Shown here: piece after piece, positions 33,262 through 41,654 of the stretch | Numbering within the stretch: position 1 is the stretch's first letter | Layout of the letters: each line of letters opens with the position of its first letter | Assembly: GCA_041179425.1 (NCBI GenBank) | Contig: JBEGTL010000001.1 | Location: forward strand, 1-62,544 | Source of the DNA: Pseudomonadota bacterium | Lineage (GTDB): Bacteria > Myxococcota_A > Polyangia > Polyangiales > DASUME01 | Direction of reading: 5' to 3' | DNA: 62,544 nt | Program-made: the position numbers and the translations under genes | The notes under the pieces: model-generated | The model's input: only the letters and a program-made list of their open reading frames with translations | Databases searched by the model: none | Told to the model about the DNA's origin: nothing

Positions 33262-33942
33262 ATGTCTGATAAATTCTCGAACAACAACTTCGACGCGGTC
33301 ACTCCCATCTACGACGCTCTCGCCGGGCTCGTGTTCGGCGGAAACATCCGACGCTCGCAGGTCGCGCTGCTCCCGAAGCTCAAGACCATCGACTCTGCCC
33401 TCGTGATCGGAGGCGGAACGGGCTGGTTTCTGCTGGAGCTCCTCGCGCAGACCGACGTGCGCAAGGTGCTCTACGTAGAGCTCTCGCGAGACATGCTCAA
33501 CAAGTCACGTCAGCTCGTCGAGCGGCGGGCGCCTCAGTGGCTGCACCGCGTGGAGTTCAAGCTGGGCAGCGAGCAGTCCATCACCCCCGAAGACGGTCCG
33601 TTCGATCTGATCGCGACCAACTTCTTCCTGGCTTGTTTTGGCGACGACAACTGCACGCAGATGATCCGGCGTCTGCACCCGCACATGAGCCCCAACGGCC
33701 GCTGGTTGTTTTCGGACTTCCAGGTGCCCGAGCGCGGCTGGGCGCGCCTCTGCGCGCTGGTCCTGTTCAAGGTCATGTTCACGTTCTTCAACGTGTTCAG
33801 CGGACTCGAAGCGCGCCGGCCGCCGAACTACGACCAGGGCTTTCACCAGGTGGGTCTCAAGCCGCAGACCGAGCGTCGTTTCTACGCGCGCATGATCCAC
33901 GTCAAGCTGCTCTCCAACGCGCCGCAGCTCAGCGCCGCCTGA
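33262..33942 (+). CDS. class I SAM-dependent methyltransferase (paralogue 2)
   Basis: Contains ALVIGGGTGWFLLEL, PFDLIATNFFLACF and GRWLFSDF. It shares a 34-nt identical stretch with paralogue 1. Confidence 0.8.
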   Translation: MSDKFSNNNFDAVTPIYDALAGLVFGGNIRRSQVALLPKLKTIDSALVIGGGTGWFLLELLAQTDVRKVLYVELSRDMLNKSRQLVERRAPQWLHRVEFKLGSEQSITPEDGPFDLIATNFFLACFGDDNCTQMIRRLHPHMSPNGRWLFSDFQVPERGWARLCALVLFKVMFTFFNVFSGLEARRPPNYDQGFHQVGLKPQTERRFYARMIHVKLLSNAPQLSAA

Positions 33943-34004
33943 GCTTGGCGGCGTGAGGTTCGATCGGCCTCTGTGACGAGCGCGCCGTGATGTACGACCC
34001 AAAC

Positions 34005-34036
34005 AAAGACGGCAGGAGCTTGCTCCGGCCGTCTTT
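34005..34036. terminator. hairpin between convergent genes (candidate bidirectional terminator)
   Basis: AAAGACGGCAGGAGC-TT-GCTCCGGCCGTCTTT forms an imperfect 15-bp stem and is followed by GACTTTT. It lies between the stops at 33942 (+) and 34042 (-). Confidence 0.5.
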
Positions 34037-34041
34037 GACTT

Positions 34042-34371
34042 TTAGTGGCGCGCTGCACCACTCAGGTTGAGTCCGACTAGACCGATCACCACCAGCACCA
34101 TGCTCAGGATCTTGAACATGCTGGTGGGCTCCCTGAAGTAGAAGATGCCGATCAGCGCGACGGCGGTGCTGCCGAGCCCCGCCCAGATCGCGTACGCGAC
34201 CGAGACCGGGATCTGGCGTAGCGCAAAGCTCAGACTGCTGAGGCTCGCCATGTACAAGATGAACGAGAGCGCCGAGGGGACGAACACCGTCATCCCCTTG
34301 GAGAACTTGAGTGCGATCGTGCCGGCGACCTCGAGCGCAATCGCGACGTAGAGGTAGATCCAAGACTGCAT
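34042..34371 (-). CDS. small multidrug resistance (SMR/EmrE-SugE family) transporter
   Basis: 109 aa, 4 TM helices, and a conserved TM1 Glu (VAIALEVAGTIALKFS). It aligns with EmrE by eye. Confidence 0.85.
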   Translation of the reverse strand: MQSWIYLYVAIALEVAGTIALKFSKGMTVFVPSALSFILYMASLSSLSFALRQIPVSVAYAIWAGLGSTAVALIGIFYFREPTSMFKILSMVLVVIGLVGLNLSGAARH

Positions 34372-34381
34372 GCCGAGGAAC

Positions 34382-36946
34382 TTACTCGTACTGCAGGGCC
34401 TCGACAACGCTGAGTCGGGCCGCGCTGCGCATCGGCAGCCACGCTCCGACCAGCGCGACAAGCAGTGCCACGCACACCGTCTCGACCACGGCCACCGGAG
34501 AGGCCTGCCAAGCGATGCTCCAGCCCATCTGAAAACGAAGCAGCTCTTTGACCGTGTAAACCGAGATGATCAGCCCGCCGCCGACGCCGAGGACGGCCGC
34601 TGCAAGGCCGATCATCAGCGCTTCGGTGACGAACATCCGCCGTACTTGCTGGCTGACGGCGCCGATGGCCTTAAGCGTGCCGAGCTCGGTGGTCCGATCG
34701 ATCACGGAGACGAACAGGGTATTCACGATGCCCAGCAGCGCGACGATGATGGCGATGACCTCCATCGAGCGCATCAACGAAAACGAGCGATCGAACATGG
34801 CGAGGACTTCGGATTTGTACTCGGCGTTGCCCAGCACGACGAGCTGATGTTTGCTCCCGAGCTCACGCACGATGCGCTCGCGCAGGGGGCCGGCCGCGCG
34901 CGGGTCGGTGATGTACAGGCCAAACGAGTCGACCTTGCGGTCTTTCCAGAGCTTGATGAAGACGTCGCGGCTCATGCTCAGGATGCCGAGCTCCGACGAG
35001 TAGTCGACGTAGATCACCGAGATACGAAACGGGCGCGGGCCCGACGGAGTCTGGAGCGTCACGCTGTCGCCGACCTCGACGTGGAAGTCGCGCGCAAACG
35101 ACTCGCTCGCAGCCACGCCGGTGCCCTCGCGGATCTCCTCGACGGCCTGGTCGAGGTCCCCGGAGACCACCGGCAGATCCTCGTGCTGGGTGTAGTGGAC
35201 GAAGTCGAACGCATCGACGATGAAGGGTTTGTCGCGGTACTGCTGGCGAACCATGCGCAGCGGATTGACGAAGGTCACGTTGGGCATGGCCGAGAGCTCG
35301 GCAAGCATGCTCTCGGGCAGGGAGCGCTCGAAGCGCCCCTGCACCTTGGTGCCCGCGAACACCAAGATGTCGGCCTTGAGCGAGCGCTCGAACCAGCTGA
35401 TGGTGTTCTGCTTCATCGACTCCAAAAAGCAGGCGATGTTGACGACGTTGGCGAGCGCCATGCCGAGCGCCGCGATGGCGATGGCGTTGCGACCCGTGTT
35501 GCGCTCGAAGCCGAGCAGGCCGAGGCGCAGCGTCGCGGAGCGGCGTTTGGTGAAGCGCCGTGCGATGCGCACGAGCAGCAGCGCCAGCGGAGGTGCGAGG
35601 AACACGGTCGCCAGCGCAAAAAACACGGAGACGCTGACACCGAGGAAGAGGTCTTCGCGTGCGTGGGCCACCAGCGCGACGATCACACCCACGCCGAGCA
35701 TGGCGGCGCTGATGGTGAGCGGCCGAGCCGTACCACCGAGCGCGCCCGTGCTGGCTTGCTCGCGCTTTTTCATCGCCACGGTGGGCTCGATGTAGCTGGC
35801 GGCACGGGCTGGAAAGAGTGCGGCGATGAACGAAGCGCCGACGCCGACGGAGATGGCGGCGATGAGCTGGCTCGGCTCGACGGTCAGCGACTCGGGTTTG
35901 ACGGTCGCGAACATCTCGGAGACGCTGGCCGTGGCCGTGGCGAGCGCGGACTTGCCGAGGAACAGACCCAGCAGCACGCCAAAACACGAGCCGACGGCGC
36001 CTACCAACACTCCCTCGCCGACGAACAGTGCGACCACCTGGCCGCGCGTGGCACCGAGGGCGCGCAAGATGCCAATCTCACGACGGCGCTGCGCGACCGC
36101 GATGGCGAGCGCGTTGTAGACGATGAAGCCACCGACCAAGAGGGCCACCAACGAAGCGATGGACAGGCCGAGCTTGAAGCTGGCGAGCAGCTGGTCGGCG
36201 TCTTTGGAGCGCTGCTCGGGCCGCGTGACCGAGGCCTTTTGGCCGATGGCCCGCGAGATGCGCAGCGCGAGCTCGTTGGTGTCTTCGTTCTCGGCGGGCA
36301 CGATGTCGATGCGGTCGAAACGTTTGCCGCGCTCGAACGCGATCTGCGCTGCGTACACGTCCATCAGCAACAAGTCGCCGCCGAACACCTTGGCCGGACC
36401 GCTGGGTGCGAGCAGCCCGCGCACGTTGAAGTCGCTGCGGCCCTGCGTGGTCTCGAGCGAGAGCGCCGTCCCCTCGGCGACGCCGTTCTTTTTGGCGTAG
36501 CTCGCCGCGAGCAAGATGCCGCGCGGGTCGTTGAGAAAGGCGAGGTCGTCCTTGACCTTGACCTCTTCGCCATCGCCTTCGCCGACGTGGTACTCGCGCA
36601 CACCGTCGTCGGCCAGGGTGTCGACCGCCAGCACGACCAGCTGCGTGTCGTGCGCCACGTCGCGGACGATCTCTTGGATGACGGGTGCGGCCACGGCCAC
36701 GCCGGGCACACCGCGGACGACGTCGAGCAGCTCTTCGTCGACGCCTGTGCTCTCGCCCACGACCAGGGCCGTCTTGCCGGCCATCTGGTCGATGCTGCTG
36801 CGAAACGACGCCATCACCGAGCCGTTGACGACCTCGATGGCGAAGACGAGCGCGACCCCCAGTGCGACGCCCAGCAGCGTGAGCAGCGACCGGCCCGGCG
36901 ACGCGGTCATGTGGCGGAGCGAGATGATGCGGATCAGATGGCGCAC
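34382..36946 (-). CDS. ABC transporter permease with two FtsX-type modules (MacB/LolE-like)
   Basis: 854 aa. Two repeats of TM1, a large extracytoplasmic domain and 3 TM helices. The 5' end overlaps the ATPase gene by 13 nt. Confidence 0.85.
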   Translation of the reverse strand: MRHLIRIISLRHMTASPGRSLLTLLGVALGVALVFAIEVVNGSVMASFRSSIDQMAGKTALVVGESTGVDEELLDVVRGVPGVAVAAPVIQEIVRDVAHDTQLVVLAVDTLADDGVREYHVGEGDGEEVKVKDDLAFLNDPRGILLAASYAKKNGVAEGTALSLETTQGRSDFNVRGLLAPSGPAKVFGGDLLLMDVYAAQIAFERGKRFDRIDIVPAENEDTNELALRISRAIGQKASVTRPEQRSKDADQLLASFKLGLSIASLVALLVGGFIVYNALAIAVAQRRREIGILRALGATRGQVVALFVGEGVLVGAVGSCFGVLLGLFLGKSALATATASVSEMFATVKPESLTVEPSQLIAAISVGVGASFIAALFPARAASYIEPTVAMKKREQASTGALGGTARPLTISAAMLGVGVIVALVAHAREDLFLGVSVSVFFALATVFLAPPLALLLVRIARRFTKRRSATLRLGLLGFERNTGRNAIAIAALGMALANVVNIACFLESMKQNTISWFERSLKADILVFAGTKVQGRFERSLPESMLAELSAMPNVTFVNPLRMVRQQYRDKPFIVDAFDFVHYTQHEDLPVVSGDLDQAVEEIREGTGVAASESFARDFHVEVGDSVTLQTPSGPRPFRISVIYVDYSSELGILSMSRDVFIKLWKDRKVDSFGLYITDPRAAGPLRERIVRELGSKHQLVVLGNAEYKSEVLAMFDRSFSLMRSMEVIAIIVALLGIVNTLFVSVIDRTTELGTLKAIGAVSQQVRRMFVTEALMIGLAAAVLGVGGGLIISVYTVKELLRFQMGWSIAWQASPVAVVETVCVALLVALVGAWLPMRSAARLSVVEALQYE

Positions 36947-37704
36947 TCGGATTCCCCTTCTAGTGTCCGTACGGGCGGCAGTTCATGCGCCGTGGTTGCC
37001 GCGCCTGGAGTCGGACGACTCGGCGCGCTCTCGCTTACGATCTTTCCGTCTTTGAAGTCCACCACACGATCGGCCCGTCGCGCCGCGACCACGTCGTGCG
37101 TGATGATGATCAGGGCACAGCCGCTGTTGCTCGCCGCGTCGAGCAACATCTTTTGGACGATGGCGCCAGACGCGGAGTCGAGGTTGCCGGTGGGCTCGTC
37201 GGCCAAGAGCAGCAGAGGCCGCTGGCTGAGCGCACGAGCCACCGCCACCCGCTGCATCTCGCCGCCGCTCAGCTGATCGGGCCGATGCCCCATGCGGGCG
37301 CCCAGGCCGACCAGGTCGAGCAGCTCTCCTGCGCGCTCATCGGCCTCGTCGAACGAGCTCCCTGCGAGCAACAACGGCAGCGCGACGTTCTCTCGTGCGC
37401 TCAGCAACGGCAGCAGGTTGAAGAATTGAAAGATCAAGCCGACACTTTTGCGGCGCAGGCGCGTCAGGTCGTCGTCTGACAGGCCGGACAGTGCGACGCC
37501 GCCGATGCGCACCTCCCCGGAGCTGGGCCGATCGAGCCCGCCGAGCAGGTTGAGCAAGGTAGACTTGCCCGAACCTGACGGTCCGACGATGGCGACCGTC
37601 TCCCCAGCCTCTACCTGGAGGGAGACGCCCTTGACGGCGCTCACCGCGGCATGTCCGGTGCGATAGGATTTGTGTACGTCGACGGCTTGCAAGATGGCCC
37701 GCAT
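36934..37704 (-). CDS. ABC transporter ATP-binding protein (MacB/LolD-like)
   Basis: Walker A GPSGSGKST, Q-loop, signature LSGGEMQRVAVARAL, Walker B LLLADEPT and an H-loop (IITHD). Confidence 0.9.
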   Translation of the reverse strand: MRAILQAVDVHKSYRTGHAAVSAVKGVSLQVEAGETVAIVGPSGSGKSTLLNLLGGLDRPSSGEVRIGGVALSGLSDDDLTRLRRKSVGLIFQFFNLLPLLSARENVALPLLLAGSSFDEADERAGELLDLVGLGARMGHRPDQLSGGEMQRVAVARALSQRPLLLLADEPTGNLDSASGAIVQKMLLDAASNSGCALIIITHDVVAARRADRVVDFKDGKIVSESAPSRPTPGAATTAHELPPVRTLEGESECAI

Positions 37705-37935
37705 TGGACACCAGACTAGTCAATGCGTGAGCGCGGTCTACAGAATAAGAGGAAGGAGAGCGAGTCTACAGTCCGCTTTCTCGGCAACTCTCTGCTGGCG
37801 CCGGGTCGTGTAGTGCCGGACACCGAGCGGGACCCTGCACAAACGGCCCAAATTGCAGCGCGCGGACAAAACGTAAACTCGTTCGTCGCCCCGGCTGTGT
37901 TAGCTTCCCCGTCTTCGCCCCCCCTCGGAGAAAGC

Positions 37936-39420
37936 ATGTCAGGAAAGCCGTCAGTTCGTGGTTCGCGCGCAGCACAAGCGAGCACTTCGACGCAAAAGCA
38001 TCGGCGCGCCGTGGTGATCGGCGGCAGTATGGTCGGCATGGCGGTGGCGCGTGCAGTCAGCGACCACTTCGACGAGGTCTTCGTGATTGACAAAGACCAC
38101 TTCCCGCGCGACGCGCCCGACCACCGCAAGAGCGTCCCGCAGAGCTGGCACATCCACAACCTGACGCTCCGCGGACAGCGCGAGATCGAAGAGTTGTTGC
38201 CTGGCTTCGTCGAGACCGCCGTGGGCCTCGGCGCGATGCAGATCGATCACGCTCTCGATGTCGCAGCGTTTACATCGCTCGGCTGGGAGCCGCGGTTCGA
38301 GAGCGGCTTCATCGCGCTGTCTGCCACGCGCATCCTGCTCGAGTTTGCGCAGCGTCAGCGCTTTTTCGAGCTCGTCAAAAACGCCGTCGTGCTCGAGGGC
38401 ACGCGTGTCACGTCTCTGGTGGTCGAGGCCGAGGGCAAGACCCGTCGTGCAGTTGCCGTCACCACCGACAACGCCGAGCACAAAGAGATCCGCGCCGACT
38501 TGATCATCGACTGTGCGGGACGCAGCAGCAGCTGGAAGAGCTGGCTCAAGTCGCACGACGTGCCGCTGCCCAAGGAGACCTTGGTCGACTCGCGCTGCGG
38601 CTACAGCTCCCGGTTTTATCGGCCGCGCGACCCCTCCACGTTCAACTGGAAGGCGCTGATCGTCGACGCCGTGTGCCCTGACCTCCCGCAGTGGGGCGTC
38701 ATCGTGCCGCTCGAGAACAACGACTGGGTGGTGACGCTGGGCGGCTTCAACGACCAGTTCCCGCCGGGCGACGAAAAAGGCTTCATGGAGTTTGCGCGCA
38801 AGCTGCCCACTCCGTCTTACTACGAGGCCCTGCAGCAGGCCGATCCACTCACCGAGGTTCGCACGTTTCGTAAGCTCGAGATGCGCTGGAACCACTTCGA
38901 GAACTACGACCACCCGCTGCAAGGCTTCATGGTGCTCGGAGACGCTGCGTGGGCCTACAACCCGCTCTACGGACAGGGCATGTCGATCGGCACCACGTGC
39001 GCTCGTATCCTGCGCGACGTCCTCGACGAAGACGCCGATCTCAGCTCCCTACCGTTCCGGTTTTACCCGCGGGCCAAGAAGTTTGCGTGGGACCCATGGG
39101 AAGCGACCGCGCTGATGGACATGCGTTGGCCCAAGACCAGCGGCAAGCGGCCGTGGCACAGCAAGATCACCATCCCTGTCACCGCGTTCGTGCTCGATGC
39201 CGGTCACTACGACGAGTATCTGTATCTGGGCATGCTGCAGGCCATTCACTTGCTCAAGCAGCCGAGCGAGCTGCTGAGTCTGCGCAGCGTCTACGGCGTG
39301 CTCCGCTACGCAGTTCGGCGTCTGCTCTCGCTGCTCCCCCCGCTCAACACGTTGCCTTCGCCGCCGGCGCCGACACGTAGCGTCTCGCAGGCCTCTGGCA
39401 CGAGCGTGGCCCTTCGCTGA
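37936..39420 (+). CDS. FAD-dependent oxidoreductase/monooxygenase (paralogue B)
   Basis: ATG at 37936. Contains RRAVVIGGSMVGMAVARAV, IIDCAGRSS and VLGDAAWAYNPLYGQGMS. It is a paralogue of 29194..30600. Confidence 0.8.
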   Translation: MSGKPSVRGSRAAQASTSTQKHRRAVVIGGSMVGMAVARAVSDHFDEVFVIDKDHFPRDAPDHRKSVPQSWHIHNLTLRGQREIEELLPGFVETAVGLGAMQIDHALDVAAFTSLGWEPRFESGFIALSATRILLEFAQRQRFFELVKNAVVLEGTRVTSLVVEAEGKTRRAVAVTTDNAEHKEIRADLIIDCAGRSSSWKSWLKSHDVPLPKETLVDSRCGYSSRFYRPRDPSTFNWKALIVDAVCPDLPQWGVIVPLENNDWVVTLGGFNDQFPPGDEKGFMEFARKLPTPSYYEALQQADPLTEVRTFRKLEMRWNHFENYDHPLQGFMVLGDAAWAYNPLYGQGMSIGTTCARILRDVLDEDADLSSLPFRFYPRAKKFAWDPWEATALMDMRWPKTSGKRPWHSKITIPVTAFVLDAGHYDEYLYLGMLQAIHLLKQPSELLSLRSVYGVLRYAVRRLLSLLPPLNTLPSPPAPTRSVSQASGTSVALR

Positions 39421-39473
39421 CGCGCGCGCGACGTCTCTTCGCTTCGACGGCAGTCCGCTTGCCAGAGAGCCGC

Positions 39474-41654
39474 ATGATTCAAAAGAAGGTCACGTTCTGT
39501 CGTATCTGCGAAGCGAGCTGCGGGCTGGTCGCAGAGGTCGACGACGAGCGTCGTGTACTGCGGCTGCTGCCCGACCCGGAGCACGTGGTCAGCCGCGGCT
39601 TCGTCTGCGTGAAGGGCACGCGCTACGTCGACGTGCACAACTCACCCGACCGTCTGCAGACTCCGCTCAAGCGTGTAGGTGACCACTTCGAGCCCATCTC
39701 GTGGGACCGGGCCATGCACGAGATTGGCGCCAAGGTGCGTGCGCTGCGCGCGCAACACGGCACCGAGAGCGTGGGCATGTACCTCGGCAATCCGGCGGCG
39801 TTCAGCTTGCCCCACGTCGCATTCGCAGGCTTTTTTGCCAGTGCGCTGGGCACGCGGCACCTCTACACGTCGGGCTCGCAAGACTGCAACAACAAGTTCG
39901 TCGCGGCAGAAGAGATGTTTGGCTCGCCGCTGCTGCAGCCCATCCCCGACATCGATCACGTCCGCTGCTTCATCTTGGTCGGGTCCAACCCCGTCGTCTC
40001 TCAGCTCACGTTCGTCAGTGCGCCGCGCTTGCTCGAGCGTCTGCGCGCCATCGAGAGCGGCGGCGGGCGTGTGGTCTTCGTCAACCCACGCCACACCGAG
40101 TCTGCTGCCAGCTGTGGTCAGCAAGTGTTCATCCGACCGGGCAGCGACGTGTTTTTCTTTCTCGCGTTCGCCAACGAGCTGTTCGCGCGCGGTGGGGTCT
40201 CCGCCAAGGTCGAACCCAGCGTCGTGGGCCTGACGGCGCTGCGCGAGGTCGTCGAGCCGTGGCTTCCCGAGCGTGTCGCGCGCGTGACAGGCATCGCGCC
40301 CGAGCAGCTGCGCGAGCTCGTCGAGGCGTATCTGTCTGCCGACGGAGCCGTTCTCTACGCGGGGACCGGAGTCAACCAAGGCCCGCACGGGACGATCTGT
40401 GCGTGGCTGCTCAACGCCATCAACCTGCTCTCCGGCAACCTCGACCGACGCGGCGGCATGCTGCTGACCAAACAACAGCGCCGCAGTGCCAAGCTGGCCT
40501 ACCCGACTGGCGACAAGATCCCGCACACGTACTCGCGCGTGGGTGGGCACCGCTCGGTGCTCGACTCCATGCCCGCGGCGCTGCTTGCCGACGAGATCAC
40601 CACGCCCGGAGAGGGGCAGCTGCACGGGCTGTTCGTGTCGGCGGGCAACCCGGTGCTCAGCTGCTCCAACAGCGAGCGCACCACCGAGGCGCTGCGCAAG
40701 CTGGAGCTGATTGTCGCGGTCGACCTGTTTCGCAACGAGACGGGCAACCTCGCGCACTACATCCTGCCGGTGACGTCGTCGCTCGAGCGTTCCGACATGC
40801 CGATGGGCATCGCTGGGTATCAGCCCGTGCCTTACTTGCAGTGGGTCGATGCGGTCGTACCGCCGCTTGCCGACACGCGCGACGAGTGGTGGATCTTCTC
40901 TCGCCTGGCGAGCGCGTGTGGCACACCTCTGCTCGGCTCGAAGTTGTTTCAGGGCTGGCTCGACCAATCGACCGACGTGCAGGGGCGCGCCAAGTGGCTG
41001 CCCAAGTGGCTGCGTTTTACGACGTTGTGGCTGTTTGCGATGCTCTGCTCGCTGGAGCTCAAGACGCTGCGTGGACTGCGTAGACGGCTACACGGCGTAC
41101 TGCTCGCTGCGCCGCGAGGCGGCGACTTCGTCGGCAAGAGCGTGCCCACCGCCCACGGCAAGGTCGAGCTCGCGCCGCGCACCTTCGTCGAGGCCGCCGG
41201 CCAGCTCGACCAGGTACACGAGCAGCAGCTCGCGGCAGTAGGGCGTCTTCGTTTGATCACCAAGCGGGAGAAGACGAGCCACAACTCTTGGATGCACAAT
41301 GTCGACCGCTTCGTGAGCGGCGTCCGCAGTCGCAACTACCTTTATATGCACCCCGAAGACGCCAAAGAGCGCGGGCTCAGCGACGGGGTCATGTGTCAGG
41401 TTCGTTCAGACACCGGACAGCTCGAGGTTGAGGTGCAGCTGTCGGACGAGCTGATGCGAGGCGCCGTGGCCCTGCCGCACGGCTGGGGCCACCAGCAGGC
41501 ATCGGGTCTGACGGTCGCGCGACGCACCCACGGGGTCAACGCAAACCTGTTGTCGCCCGATGGCTCGGCCTCGGTCGAGGCGCTCTCGGGCATGACGCAG
41601 CTCACGGCGATCTTGGTCGACGTGAGTGCCGTGCCGTCCTCGGCCCCAGGTTGA
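39474..41654 (+). CDS. molybdopterin-dependent oxidoreductase (MopB superfamily, catalytic subunit)
   Basis: N-terminal CRICEASCGL...(26)...C is a 4Fe-4S motif, followed by a MopB core. The C-terminal region (YMHPEDAKERGLSDGVMCQVRSDTGQLEVEV...LPHGWGH) is a molybdopterin dinucleotide-binding barrel. Confidence 0.85.
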   Translation: MIQKKVTFCRICEASCGLVAEVDDERRVLRLLPDPEHVVSRGFVCVKGTRYVDVHNSPDRLQTPLKRVGDHFEPISWDRAMHEIGAKVRALRAQHGTESVGMYLGNPAAFSLPHVAFAGFFASALGTRHLYTSGSQDCNNKFVAAEEMFGSPLLQPIPDIDHVRCFILVGSNPVVSQLTFVSAPRLLERLRAIESGGGRVVFVNPRHTESAASCGQQVFIRPGSDVFFFLAFANELFARGGVSAKVEPSVVGLTALREVVEPWLPERVARVTGIAPEQLRELVEAYLSADGAVLYAGTGVNQGPHGTICAWLLNAINLLSGNLDRRGGMLLTKQQRRSAKLAYPTGDKIPHTYSRVGGHRSVLDSMPAALLADEITTPGEGQLHGLFVSAGNPVLSCSNSERTTEALRKLELIVAVDLFRNETGNLAHYILPVTSSLERSDMPMGIAGYQPVPYLQWVDAVVPPLADTRDEWWIFSRLASACGTPLLGSKLFQGWLDQSTDVQGRAKWLPKWLRFTTLWLFAMLCSLELKTLRGLRRRLHGVLLAAPRGGDFVGKSVPTAHGKVELAPRTFVEAAGQLDQVHEQQLAAVGRLRLITKREKTSHNSWMHNVDRFVSGVRSRNYLYMHPEDAKERGLSDGVMCQVRSDTGQLEVEVQLSDELMRGAVALPHGWGHQQASGLTVARRTHGVNANLLSPDGSASVEALSGMTQLTAILVDVSAVPSSAPG

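Noticed and set aside
34370-37276. 968-aa ORF on the + strand
   Set aside because: It is antisense to the ABC permease and ATPase genes. It is Asp/Arg/His/Gly-rich without motifs, and the - strand products carry Walker and FtsX features.
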